Shown here in pieces: positions 1-9,535 of a DNA stretch of 64,000 nucleotides; the stretch's first letter is position 1; the number at the start of each line of letters is the position of its first letter. The stretch is from positions 32,001 through 96,000 of the forward strand of contig JBFJCP010000011.1 in the NCBI GenBank assembly GCA_041615815.1, in the 5' to 3' direction. Position numbers and translations under genes: made by a program. The notes beneath the pieces were generated by a model. The model ran no database searches, had not been told where the DNA came from, and worked only from the letters and a program-made list of their open reading frames with translations. This DNA comes from Gemmatimonadales bacterium (GTDB lineage: Bacteria; Gemmatimonadota; Gemmatimonadetes; Gemmatimonadales; GWC2-71-9).

Positions 1-81
1 CCGAGACGCCTATCTCGCGTCGCGAGCCTCCATGTGGCGACGCTCCACTCCTTCCTCCCGGGTAGACCCCCACGCAATAGG

Positions 82-109
82 AAAATACCCGCCGAGCGAG
101 CTCGGCGGG
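82..109 (-). terminator. Probable intrinsic terminator of the OPT gene
   Basis: Perfect 10-bp inverted repeat CCCGCCGAGC(88-97)/GCTCGGCGGG(100-109), followed on the minus strand by TATTTT; about 30 nt past the stop codon. Confidence 0.6.
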
Positions 110-139
110 CGCCGTTCACGTGAAACGAACGGTGATTTC

Positions 140-2209
140 CTACCTGGCGCTGGCGTTGACCTGGCTCGCGACCCGATACAACCACATCACGAACAGCGCC
201 AGGCCCAGGATCCCCAGGATGTTTGCCACCGGCTCGAAGCCCGGCGGGGCGATGGTCAACACGTCTGTGCTTTGTGCCGCGGCGAACGGTATGGCCAGGA
301 GAATCCCCACCAGTGCCTCACCGGTGATCAGACCTGACGAGAACAAGAGGCCTCGCTGTGTGCCCAACGTCACCTGGGCATCCGAGGCGCCGCGCTGCCG
401 CAGGCCGCGGGCCGCCAACCACGCCACCATCCCACCGATGAAGATCGGCGTCGTGAGCTCCAGCGGAAGGTAGATCCCGACCGCGACGGCGAGCACGGGC
501 GTGCGGAACGTGCTGCCCCTCGACTTGAGAATCTGGTCCAACACGATGATCCCCGCGGCGATGATCGTGCCGATCCACACCATCGTCCACGGGAGATCGC
601 GCGTGAATACCCCATTCGCCACCGAGGCCATGAGGGTTGCCTGCGGGGCGGACAGCGCCTCCCCGGGATCCATCCCCACCCTCGGGAATACATCGCCCAG
701 ACCGTAGGCAGAAAACAGCAGTTGCAGGATGGGGGCAATCACCAAAGCAGCCGCTACGACTCCGAGGATCTGCATGATTTGTTGCTTGTACGGAGTGGCT
801 CCCACGATGCGTCCGGCCTTGAGGTCTTGCAGGTTGTCTCCCGCAATGGCCGCCGCACAGGCCACCACACCTCCCACCAAGATCGTCGTGGCCGCCGCCG
901 TCGTCGCCTTCGCGGTGTCCACCATGAAGTCGATCTGCCCTCCCAGGATCCAGAGCAGAACCAGAGAGATCGTGAGAATCGTCGCGATGGTGACGCCGGA
1001 AATGGGATTATTCGACGAACCCACGAGTCCCGCCATATAGCCGGCAACCGAAGAGAACAGAAAGCCGGCAATGAGGGCGAACACGACGCCCAACGTTACG
1101 ACCCCCGTGTACAACCCAGGCGAGATTCCCAACGCCTCTTGATCGATGACGAACAGAAATACCACGAAGATCGGGATCGCCAACGCGATCGTCCCAATCG
1201 CAACGAAATGGATGGGCGTGTCGACTTCCGTTCGCGGAACGTCCACGGCCCCGCCGGACCGGGCCGTCTTCACCGCCTGCAACGAGGAGCGGATGCCGTC
1301 ACGAATGGGACGTAGCAAAGACAAGAGCGCCCACAGTCCACCCGTGGCCATGGCACCCACACCCATGAAACGGATGCGCTGGCTCCAGACTTGCTCTGCC
1401 GCCTCGAACCCGCTCGCGTCACCCACGATCTGCTGCAGCTCCGCGGGCGGGACGATGGCTGTGTAGATCGGGATCCCGAACAGCCAGGAGATGAGCCCGC
1501 CCGCGAACACTAGGATGGCGATGCCGAGCCCGACGATGTATCCAACGCCCAGCAAGGCCACCCCCAGCTCGCTGCCGAATCCGAAGATCGACCCTCCACT
1601 GGTAGTGACGGCACCGCTGTATTTACCAGCCACGATCTTCAGGCCGGTCTGAGACAGCTTGAGGAGTGCGCCAGCGACTCCGGCCACGGCAATCAGCTTC
1701 GCGCCCTGTCCGCCTTCAGTCCCTGCCTTCAGGACCTCGCCCGTCGCGACGCCTTCGGGGAATTGCAGCTTGGCTTCGATGATCAACGCCCGCCGGAGCG
1801 GGATGGTAAACAGCACGCCCAGAATACCTCCACAGAGCGCGATGCCCAGGGTGGGGAGGAACTCGAACCCCTGCCAATGCTGGAGCATGATGAGCGCCGG
1901 CAACGTGAAGATGACGCCTGCCGCGAGCGACTCGCCTGCCGACGCGGACGTCTGGACGATGTTGTTCTCCAGGATGTTGTGCCGCTTGAAGAACCGCAGG
2001 ATGGCCATCGAGATCACCGCGGCCGGAATGGAGGCCGAGACAGTCAGGCCGACCTTCAGCCCCAAGTAGGCGTTCGCCCCGGCGAGCACCGCCGACAGGA
2101 TGAACCCCAGAACCAGGGCTTTGAAGGTGATCTCGGGCAACGATTGCGAGGCCGGAATGTAGGGAGTCTCGACCCCTTCGTCCCGCGCCGGAGCTGGGTG
2201 CGCGCTCAT
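140..2209 (-). CDS. OPT family oligopeptide transporter
   Basis: 689 aa polytopic membrane protein with OPT motifs YLGLKVGLTVSASIPAA, ENNIVQT, FPEG.AT, GSSNNPISG, LQDLKAG, APQATLM. Confidence 0.95.
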   Translation of the reverse strand: MSAHPAPARDEGVETPYIPASQSLPEITFKALVLGFILSAVLAGANAYLGLKVGLTVSASIPAAVISMAILRFFKRHNILENNIVQTSASAGESLAAGVIFTLPALIMLQHWQGFEFLPTLGIALCGGILGVLFTIPLRRALIIEAKLQFPEGVATGEVLKAGTEGGQGAKLIAVAGVAGALLKLSQTGLKIVAGKYSGAVTTSGGSIFGFGSELGVALLGVGYIVGLGIAILVFAGGLISWLFGIPIYTAIVPPAELQQIVGDASGFEAAEQVWSQRIRFMGVGAMATGGLWALLSLLRPIRDGIRSSLQAVKTARSGGAVDVPRTEVDTPIHFVAIGTIALAIPIFVVFLFVIDQEALGISPGLYTGVVTLGVVFALIAGFLFSSVAGYMAGLVGSSNNPISGVTIATILTISLVLLWILGGQIDFMVDTAKATTAAATTILVGGVVACAAAIAGDNLQDLKAGRIVGATPYKQQIMQILGVVAAALVIAPILQLLFSAYGLGDVFPRVGMDPGEALSAPQATLMASVANGVFTRDLPWTMVWIGTIIAAGIIVLDQILKSRGSTFRTPVLAVAVGIYLPLELTTPIFIGGMVAWLAARGLRQRGASDAQVTLGTQRGLLFSSGLITGEALVGILLAIPFAAAQSTDVLTIAPPGFEPVANILGILGLALFVMWLYRVASQVNASAR

Positions 2210-2294
2210 ACGGTTCCCCTAGGGTTGGCAGCCATGGGCCCGACTCTCGACCGTCGGAAGACCAGAGCGACGAGAACAGTCACGGATGGCGCTG

Positions 2295-2323
2295 AATGTT
2301 CCGCGTCCCCGGTGGGCTGTCAA
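2295..2323 (-). promoter_or_regulatory. Sigma70-type promoter for the OPT gene
   Basis: Minus strand TTGACA-N17-AACATT, about 85 nt upstream of the start codon. Confidence 0.55.
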
Positions 2324-2384
2324 GCGCTTGTGGCAGAAAACGTTGGGTTGCCCTCAGGCGCCGACCCATGTCTATTACCGGACC

Positions 2385-3452
2385 ATGAAAACGGCCTCGC
2401 TCGCGTTTCTCAAACGGCTACTCGACGCTCCGGGACCTTCCGGCTTTGAAACCCTTCCCGCCCGCATTTGGCGTGAGGAGGTCGCGGGGTTTGCAGATCG
2501 AGTGACGAGCGACGTCTCCGGCAACACCATTGGTTGCCTCAATCCCGACGCATCCCCTCGCGTAATGTTTGCTGGCCACATCGACGAGATCGGGCTGATG
2601 ATCGTGCACGTCGATGACAAGGGGTACCTGTACTTCGCCACGATCGGCGGTTGGGACGCCCAAGTGCTCGTGGGTCAACGTGTCCTCATCGTGACGAAGC
2701 GGGGTTCCATTCCTGGTGTCATCGGGCGCAAGCCAGTCCACCTCATGGAGTCGGATGAGCGAGACAAAGTCGCGAAGGTGTCAGACCTTTGGATCGATAT
2801 TGGAGCAACGTCACAGCGCGATGCGTTGAAGCGGGTCCGGGTGGGCGATCCCGCGGTCCTCGCGGCGACGGCTCTCGAACTCCCCGGCCATCACCTCATC
2901 TCGCGCAGCATCGACAACCGCATTGGCGCGTTTGTGGTGGCGGAAGCGCTGCGACTGCTCGTCCGTCCTCGAGCCAAAGCCGGCGTGCACGCCGTGGCCA
3001 CCACGCAGGAGGAGATTGGCTGGTCTGGCGGCGGCGCGCGCACGAGTGCCACGAGCATCGACCCCCGCGTGGCCATCGTCGTGGACGTGACCCATGCGAC
3101 GGATCACCCCGGCACGGAAAAGAAACAGCATGGGGATACCAAGCTCGGAGGTGGACCGGTGCTCGCCCGCGGATCTGCAGTCAACCCGTTGGTGTTCGAG
3201 ATGCTCGTGGAGACGGCGGAAAAAGAAGGAATTCCTTACTCGCTTCAGGCAGCGCCGCGCGACACAGGGACCGACGCCGACGCCATACACACGGCCCGAC
3301 AGGGGATCGCGACCGGTCTGGTGTCCGTCCCCAATCGATACATGCACAGCCCAAACGAAATGGTGGATATTCGCGATCTCGAGCGGGCGGCTCAGCTCCT
3401 CGCTGCGTTCGCGCGCCGCCTCACGACCAAGAGCGACTTCACTCCTCGCTAG
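2385..3452 (+). CDS. M42 family metallopeptidase (TET-like aminopeptidase)
   Basis: GPSGFE, GHIDEIG, IGGWD, WIDIGA, IDNR, QEEIG, GTDAD, YMHSPNE. Start moved to ATG 2385. Confidence 0.92.
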   Translation: MKTASLAFLKRLLDAPGPSGFETLPARIWREEVAGFADRVTSDVSGNTIGCLNPDASPRVMFAGHIDEIGLMIVHVDDKGYLYFATIGGWDAQVLVGQRVLIVTKRGSIPGVIGRKPVHLMESDERDKVAKVSDLWIDIGATSQRDALKRVRVGDPAVLAATALELPGHHLISRSIDNRIGAFVVAEALRLLVRPRAKAGVHAVATTQEEIGWSGGGARTSATSIDPRVAIVVDVTHATDHPGTEKKQHGDTKLGGGPVLARGSAVNPLVFEMLVETAEKEGIPYSLQAAPRDTGTDADAIHTARQGIATGLVSVPNRYMHSPNEMVDIRDLERAAQLLAAFARRLTTKSDFTPR

Positions 3453-5049
3453 CCGGCGTGCGTTCGGCACGGGCGAGCGCCTCATGAGCAGCTTCCCGTA
3501 CCTGCTTATCGCGATCGTTTGTCAGCTCGACGAGGACGGCACGGGCCGCGGCACCTCCGGAGAGCCCCAACGCCTCGATCGCCGCCAGACGCGGCGCGAT
3601 GGGCTTGCGCTTGAAGATGGACCCACCCGTTTCGGCGACTTTTGTGAGTACCTGGATCGCCTCCTGCGTCCCGATGCGGCCCATAGCCCGATAGTACTCG
3701 CAGAGGATCTCGGTATCCTCTTCGTTCTCGGCGGCAGCAACGAGCGGCATCACCAACGCCGCCATCCCGCGACCTAAGATCTCTCGGGACACGGCAAGGC
3801 GCACGTCGGGTTCGGGATCGCGAATCAGCGCACGAAGATGCGGGGCGGCGGCCCCGGTACCGATGCGCGCCAAGGCCACGCCGGCGGAGAGCCGAACACG
3901 GGCATCGGTGTGGCCGACCGCCTTGCCCAACGCTGGTACCGCCTCCTGCACCTCCAGCTCCCCTACGAGGTCGGCCATATTCCGCACGACGTACCATTGA
4001 TGGTGGGAGAACATGCTGATGATGACGTCCATCCCCATCTGCGATTCTCGCAGGGCCTTCAGGTAGGCCCGTCGCTCGGCGAAGGTGGGCGCCTCCACCA
4101 GCTTGTCCAGCAAGACCTGTGTACCGCGCTTGCCAACATACCGCATGAACGCGACGGCATCCGAGGCGTAGAGCTCATCGACCACTAGTGCCGCAAACTG
4201 CACGAGCGCCTCGTGCGTCCCGATTCGCTGCAGGGCAATCGTGTAGGCACGAATACTGTCCTCGTCCGGCGCTCGCTCCCGCTCCTTGAGCACGGCGGAC
4301 GCGGTCTCGAATGCCTCCTGACTCTTGCCCTCGACGATCATCGTGGCCACCCGCCGCACCGTGTCGTTCAGCTGACGCATGAGGTCGACGTCGCCTGCCC
4401 CTTCCAGCATCTCCTCTTCCGCTGGCTCCTCACGCGCTGGCTCCTCGGCCGGAAGCATCCCCGGCATCACCCCATCCTCCGTCATCACCACTTCGCGATG
4501 CACCCTCTGCGCGGGGGCCGCCCGTTTCTTGAGGGTCTCGGGCTGAGTCGCCTGCGGCTGAGTCATCTGTTCCAGCTCATCGAGCACGCCGGCGGCCTTG
4601 AGGGCATCGGTCACGCGGACGGCGGGAACCGATCCGCGTCCCTTCCGGGCCTGCGCAGCCGTGATGAGAGAGATCGTCAAGACATTCGCTTCGTGGAGCG
4701 TGCCCTCGACGCCGCCGGCCGTTTGGAGCTCCGCCGGAGGTCGGGAGAGGGTATACAGGAAGGTGAGAAGATCGAGCGCGGAGGCCTTGTGCGCGATGAA
4801 CACGGCAGCAATGCCGTGCTCGCGCATTTGTTGCGAGAAGGTGGTAGCGAACGGCGTCTCGGGTGGGACGGCAACCCCTTCAATCGTAAGGGTGCTCCCG
4901 TACCGCAGCCGAACGGTCGCACTGCGCTCCGTCGTCAGTTCCACCAGTGAGCGCAGCGCGGCCTTGTGATCGTCAACGGCGTCCGGGGAGCGACGCAGGA
5001 GGTCGACGCAGCGTCCCAGGAGGACGGCGTACTTGTGTTCAAAGCGCAT
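3439..5049 (-). CDS. HEAT-repeat protein (paralog 1)
   Basis: C-terminal HEAT/PBS-type repeats (WYVVRN, DARVRLSAGVALARIG, RLAAIEALG, DKQVREAA) plus an uncharacterised N-terminal domain. Confidence 0.85.
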   Translation of the reverse strand: MRFEHKYAVLLGRCVDLLRRSPDAVDDHKAALRSLVELTTERSATVRLRYGSTLTIEGVAVPPETPFATTFSQQMREHGIAAVFIAHKASALDLLTFLYTLSRPPAELQTAGGVEGTLHEANVLTISLITAAQARKGRGSVPAVRVTDALKAAGVLDELEQMTQPQATQPETLKKRAAPAQRVHREVVMTEDGVMPGMLPAEEPAREEPAEEEMLEGAGDVDLMRQLNDTVRRVATMIVEGKSQEAFETASAVLKERERAPDEDSIRAYTIALQRIGTHEALVQFAALVVDELYASDAVAFMRYVGKRGTQVLLDKLVEAPTFAERRAYLKALRESQMGMDVIISMFSHHQWYVVRNMADLVGELEVQEAVPALGKAVGHTDARVRLSAGVALARIGTGAAAPHLRALIRDPEPDVRLAVSREILGRGMAALVMPLVAAAENEEDTEILCEYYRAMGRIGTQEAIQVLTKVAETGGSIFKRKPIAPRLAAIEALGLSGGAAARAVLVELTNDRDKQVREAAHEALARAERTPASEE

Positions 5050-5060
5050 GGAATGGGCGT

Positions 5061-5089
5061 AAAGTACGAACCTAGAGGCACCTAGGCAA
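5061..5089 (-). promoter_or_regulatory. Putative internal sigma70 promoter for HEAT paralog 1
   Basis: Minus strand TTGCCT-N17-TACTTT, ending 11 nt before the ATG at 5049; no clear SD. Confidence 0.45.
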
Positions 5090-5106
5090 ACACCACTGGG
5101 GGGTCG

Positions 5107-6540
5107 CTACTGGGATGCCTCGCGCAGCTCGGCGAGGGCCTCCCGCGCCGCCTCTTGCACGTCCCTGTCGCGATCGCGCACGAGCTCCTCCAATGTCTCC
5201 AGCACCGCCGGGTACCGGCTCCGCCGGAGCGCGTCGATCGCGGCCAGGCGGACCGGTTTGGGGCGACGCCCAAACCACCGTCCCGAATGGGCCGTGCGCA
5301 TGAGGATGGCCACGGCATCCGGCGTTCGAATTCGTCCCAGCGCTTCCACGTATTCGGTTGCCAGTTTCGGATCCTTCTCGCGCTCGAGGATCGAGGCGAG
5401 CGGTCGGACGAGCGCCGTCGCTTCCGGCCCCTGCACCGCCGTGAGCACCAAGCGGCGGAGCCGGGGATCGCCCTCGGTGAGGAGCCGTGAGAGATGCCCG
5501 AGCGTCTCCGGTGTGCCCACTTTAGCGAGAGCGACCGCCGCGGCCTGCCGGACTCGGCCGTCGCGGTGCTCCAAGGCCATCGCGAGCTCGGGCACGACCT
5601 CTCGGATCCCCAGCTCTCCCACGAGCCACGCCGAGTTCCGGACCACGTACCAGTCCGGGTGCCGCAGCATAGAGACCATCAGGTGATAGCCCTCGTCTAC
5701 GTCTCGCAGCGATCCGAACGAGATGCGACGCTCCTGCATGGTGGGCTGGGAGTTGATCTGATCCACCAGAACCTTCGTCCCGTCGGCCCCGGCCCGCCGT
5801 AACACACGCGATGCAGCATCGCCGTACCGGGAGTCCTGCAACATCCCCGTCACCTTCTGGAGGATGCCTCGCGTGAGGCCGCGGCGCAGTGTGATTCCAT
5901 AACAGCGCCGAACATGATCGTTCGGGGCCTTTCCCTCGAGCCCGATCACGGCCGACAGCGCCTGGATCGCCTCCTCCAACCGGTCCGCTTCCAACGCATG
6001 CTGAACCTCCACACCCACCGCATTGAGCCGGTCCAGCACATCGTCACCGTGCGGGGAAGCCGCCAACCGGCGCATGGCGGCGGCGAGCGAGGTGAGGGGC
6101 GGCGCCCGTGTCACCGGCACCTCATGATCAAAGGCTTCGGCCGCGGAGGTTCCGGCCAGGGTGACGAAGACTCCGGTGCCGCGCCATTCAGCCGCGAGGT
6201 ACTCAGCAAGTTCTTCGACATTGTCGGTGTCGGGGTCAGCTGCCAATCGCTTCAGCAGGTTGAGCACCTCCGATGGGGGCGCGCCCTTAGAGAAGGAGAT
6301 GGTCGTGACGCCGTGGCGCTCGAGTTGCCCGATGAGTTCGGTGACCAACGGTAGGGCAGGAGCGATGGACTGGCCCTCGACCTCGATCGTTCCCTCGCGA
6401 ACGAGCACGGTGATCGAACCGAGCTTGGTCAGGGCAACCAACGCACGGAGAGCAGCCTTCTGCTGGGCGACGTCGGGGGATGTGCGTATGAGGTGCGCAG
6501 CACGCGCAAACGTCACCGCAAAGTGATCAGGATTGATCAT
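5107..6540 (-). CDS. HEAT-repeat protein (paralog 2)
   Basis: Start placed at MINPDHF (6540) because it aligns with the paralog 1 N-terminus; HEAT repeats WYVVRN, DGRVRQAAAVALAKVG, DRDVQEAA. Confidence 0.85.
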   Translation of the reverse strand: MINPDHFAVTFARAAHLIRTSPDVAQQKAALRALVALTKLGSITVLVREGTIEVEGQSIAPALPLVTELIGQLERHGVTTISFSKGAPPSEVLNLLKRLAADPDTDNVEELAEYLAAEWRGTGVFVTLAGTSAAEAFDHEVPVTRAPPLTSLAAAMRRLAASPHGDDVLDRLNAVGVEVQHALEADRLEEAIQALSAVIGLEGKAPNDHVRRCYGITLRRGLTRGILQKVTGMLQDSRYGDAASRVLRRAGADGTKVLVDQINSQPTMQERRISFGSLRDVDEGYHLMVSMLRHPDWYVVRNSAWLVGELGIREVVPELAMALEHRDGRVRQAAAVALAKVGTPETLGHLSRLLTEGDPRLRRLVLTAVQGPEATALVRPLASILEREKDPKLATEYVEALGRIRTPDAVAILMRTAHSGRWFGRRPKPVRLAAIDALRRSRYPAVLETLEELVRDRDRDVQEAAREALAELREASQ

Positions 6541-7378
6541 CAGCGAATCGCGAAGGTATCGGACCGCGGTCCTCGCGGCAACGCTCCTCGAGCGCCTCCA
6601 CGACCTCCTCGACCGCGACCGGACGCAACGGCATCCCCAAGGCACGAGCAACGTCCACGCTGGGGGGTGCCTCGAGATCCAGCCCTTCGAGACGGTCCGC
6701 GTCCCACAACAATGCCCGCGAATCACCGTCGTAGGCCAGGACACCATCGACGAGTACCAGGCTGCGTTCCAGCGCCTCCGCGACGAACGCGAGGTCCTGG
6801 CTCACCGCCAACACGGCCACACCCTCACTGGTCACCTCGCGAACGATGCGGCTCACTCGGTCGCGACCAGCTCGGTCGAGCCCCTGCGTCGGCTCGTCCA
6901 TGACGAGCACCCGGGCTCGCTGGGCCAGCGCCGCCGCCAGTGCCACGAGCTTCCGCTCGGCCGGAGCCAGGTCATATGGATGCGTGCCAACGACGGAAGA
7001 GAGCCCTACCCGCGCGAGTGCGTCAGCCGCCACCTCACGCGCCTCGGTGTCGCTCTGGCCGAGCTGCCGGGGAGCAAACGCCACCTCCTCCAGCACTGTC
7101 CGTGCGAACAATTGTTGGTCGGCATGCTGAAACAGGTACGCGGTCCAATTGGCCACGTCTTCGGGCTTCTTCCCCGACGTTGGTTGCTCGCCAAGCCACA
7201 CCGTGCCGCGAACCGGCTGGAGCAGCGCGACCACCAGCTTGGTGAGAGTCGTCTTACCCGCGCCGTTCCTGCCCAGCAACGCCACGGCTTCGCCAGCCCG
7301 GAGCGTCAGCGACGCGCCGCGAAGTACGGACTCGGCGCCATAGGAGAACCAGACATCGTCCAAACGAACGGCCGTCAC
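6527..7378 (-). CDS. ECF transporter ATP-binding protein (A component)
   Basis: Walker A GRNGAGKTT, FQHADQQLF, Walker B LVMDEPT; signature LAPAE and H-loop SQD are degenerate. Confidence 0.9.
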   Translation of the reverse strand: MTAVRLDDVWFSYGAESVLRGASLTLRAGEAVALLGRNGAGKTTLTKLVVALLQPVRGTVWLGEQPTSGKKPEDVANWTAYLFQHADQQLFARTVLEEVAFAPRQLGQSDTEAREVAADALARVGLSSVVGTHPYDLAPAERKLVALAAALAQRARVLVMDEPTQGLDRAGRDRVSRIVREVTSEGVAVLAVSQDLAFVAEALERSLVLVDGVLAYDGDSRALLWDADRLEGLDLEAPPSVDVARALGMPLRPVAVEEVVEALEERCREDRGPIPSRFADDQS

Positions 7379-8193
7379 CGCCGGTACCGGACTGCGAGAT
7401 CGTCGACGGTCACCGGGAATGGTGCCGGACAGCCGGCCCGGTACGCGATAGTGGCCGCCGTCGTGCTGGCCCCGGATTGAACGACCGGGAGCGTCGACAA
7501 GACGTCCGACGGGAGACCGTCGGATGCCAAATAGCCGCGGTCCATCACGAGGACCCGGTCGGATACGGACACGGCCCGATCGAGATCGGTGGTGGCGACG
7601 ACGACGGTATGACGCTGGGCGAGCGCGGGCAGGAGAGCGTACACCTCTCGAGCCGCTAGCGGATCGAGCTCTTGGGCCGGTTCGTCGAGCAGCAACACGT
7701 CCGGTTGCACGCTGACCACCGCTGCAAACATGACCCGCTGCAACTCCCCACCTGACAGCGTTCGTGGATCCCGCTGAGCGAGGTGTTCGACATCCAACAG
7801 GTGGAGGGCAGCCTCTACCGCGTCCGTAATCCGAGCGCGAGGCCAGCCCAAGTTTGCAGGGCCGAAGGCCACCTCCTCACGGACCGTGAACGCCATCCCG
7901 GATAGCTGGGTCCAGGGCATCGGCAGGAGGACCCCCACCCGTCCGGCTAGCGCCTTGTGCCCCTCCTCCGTGGCCGGATCGTGTCCCAGCACCGACACCC
8001 GACCCTCCCGTAACCCTCCCGTGGTGTGCGGGGCCAGGCCGGCCATGGTAAGCAGCAGCGTGCTACAACCGGAGCCCAGAGCGCCGGTGACGAGCGTCAC
8101 CTGACCCACGGCGAACTCCGCCCCGATCCGGCGCAGAACTGGGGCCGCACCGCTGGGATACGTGAAGCTGACCTGCTCGAGCTCGATGCTCAT
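7375..8193 (-). CDS. ECF transporter ATP-binding protein (degenerate A' component)
   Basis: TVREEVAFGPANLG, LSGGELQR, LLLDEP; Walker A reads GALGSGCST. Confidence 0.88.
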   Translation of the reverse strand: MSIELEQVSFTYPSGAAPVLRRIGAEFAVGQVTLVTGALGSGCSTLLLTMAGLAPHTTGGLREGRVSVLGHDPATEEGHKALAGRVGVLLPMPWTQLSGMAFTVREEVAFGPANLGWPRARITDAVEAALHLLDVEHLAQRDPRTLSGGELQRVMFAAVVSVQPDVLLLDEPAQELDPLAAREVYALLPALAQRHTVVVATTDLDRAVSVSDRVLVMDRGYLASDGLPSDVLSTLPVVQSGASTTAATIAYRAGCPAPFPVTVDDLAVRYRR

Positions 8194-8897
8194 CCGACGA
8201 TTCGAAACACGATGGCGAGCAAGGTGACCACCACCAGACCCCAGCGTACCACACGGTCGCGGGTCGTATCCAACGGCGGTGTAATTGCCGTGCGGGCTCG
8301 TCCGCCGGGACCCCGCGATTGGAGCGCGAAGGCCCGCGCATCCACTTCGGCCAGCGCCGCCAAGACGAGCGGCACGGCGAGAGGCACGATGGCTCTGACC
8401 CGTCGCGCAAGCGAGCCTCGGACTCTCAGCCCGCGACAGCGCTGCGCATCGAGGATGGCTCGGCCCTGTGCCTGAAGCCGGGGCACCGCCTGCAGCGTGG
8501 CCGCCAGGAGATAGCCCACCGCGAAGGGGACACCCCGATCCACCAGCGCATCGACCAGGCGGCCGGGGTGAATCGTGGCCAAAAGCATGAGAAACGCGAC
8601 AACCATCGTCGTGATACGAGCACCGAAGACGAGGGCCCGACCCGGATCATCACCGATGACCGCGTGGATCAAGACCAGGAACAACCAGACGGGAGCCACG
8701 ATGATGGCCGCCGGAAGGAGCACTCTCGGAATCCCGGCCAACACGGCGAGAGCCACATATACCCCGACGAGGGCGAGGGTGCCCTCGGGACTCGGGAGGG
8801 TAAACGTCAACACCATCGCGACCCCCACCACCGTGGTCGTCGTGAAGGGGTGTGCCCGATGGAGCACCCCCGTGCCGGGCTGGTACCCGACGATCAC
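8190..8897 (-). CDS. ECF transporter transmembrane T component (EcfT/CbiQ family)
   Basis: N-terminal HP motif, TM helices, coupling-helix Arg motifs AQRCRG and LQSRG; 4-nt overlaps with both neighbours. Confidence 0.9.
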   Translation of the reverse strand: MIVGYQPGTGVLHRAHPFTTTTVVGVAMVLTFTLPSPEGTLALVGVYVALAVLAGIPRVLLPAAIIVAPVWLFLVLIHAVIGDDPGRALVFGARITTMVVAFLMLLATIHPGRLVDALVDRGVPFAVGYLLAATLQAVPRLQAQGRAILDAQRCRGLRVRGSLARRVRAIVPLAVPLVLAALAEVDARAFALQSRGPGGRARTAITPPLDTTRDRVVRWGLVVVTLLAIVFRIVG

Positions 8898-9469
8898 GCC
8901 CGACCGAGCGCCCGTGTCACGACGGGGAAGCGCGCCTTCATGCGGTCGGGGAGCGACGTCAAGACCGTTCGAACGAGGAGGAAGGTCACGGTCTTGTCGA
9001 TGACGTCACTCACGAGGCCTCCCAAGAGGACAGACCATCCGAGGGAAACGCCAGCACCGCGAAGCGCCGTGATCACGGCAGAGACCCCGCCACCGGTGAC
9101 ACCCCCGAATATGTAGAAGGAAATGGGCCATGACAGCACGGCCGCCACGATCCCGAGCCCGATCCCTCCCGCCAGCGTCGTCGGAACGCTGCGAAAAACG
9201 CCCAGCCGGGCACTCATACCGGCGTAAATCGCAACGGCCAGCTGCACGGGTAGAAACCACAGCCACGTGAAGTTGCCGCTCACCACCGTGAACACGAGCT
9301 GTGAGAGAAAGCCTGTGGCCAACGCCACCCACGTTCCGCTCAAACCTGCGACGAGCACCGTGCCGACGGTGTCGAGGAATATCGGGAGGTGGATGACAGC
9401 AGTAATCTGTCCGAGCGCAAGATTGATTCCCACCGCAAGAGGAATCAGGGCAAGTGACTGAGGAGACAC
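8894..9469 (-). CDS. ECF transporter substrate-specific S component
   Basis: 191 aa hydrophobic protein with LPIFLDTVGT, GGVTGGG and DVIDK; first gene of an S-T-A'-A operon. Confidence 0.85.
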   Translation of the reverse strand: MSPQSLALIPLAVGINLALGQITAVIHLPIFLDTVGTVLVAGLSGTWVALATGFLSQLVFTVVSGNFTWLWFLPVQLAVAIYAGMSARLGVFRSVPTTLAGGIGLGIVAAVLSWPISFYIFGGVTGGGVSAVITALRGAGVSLGWSVLLGGLVSDVIDKTVTFLLVRTVLTSLPDRMKARFPVVTRALGRA

Positions 9470-9535
9470 CGTTCTGCCGTCATGGTTAGATTTCGCGATC
9501 GATTCCCGTTACACCGACAGTCAAAGATAGACGAT

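Noticed and set aside
6541..6747. N-terminal extensions given by the ORF track (also for nth, PLD, TolC, HD, GGCT and LMO)
   Set aside because: They overlap upstream genes; downstream starts with SD or stop-start coupling fit the family N-termini better.
9470..9535. Riboswitch upstream of the ECF S component
   Set aside because: The gap is only about 66 nt, is shared with a divergent gene and has no recognisable aptamer.
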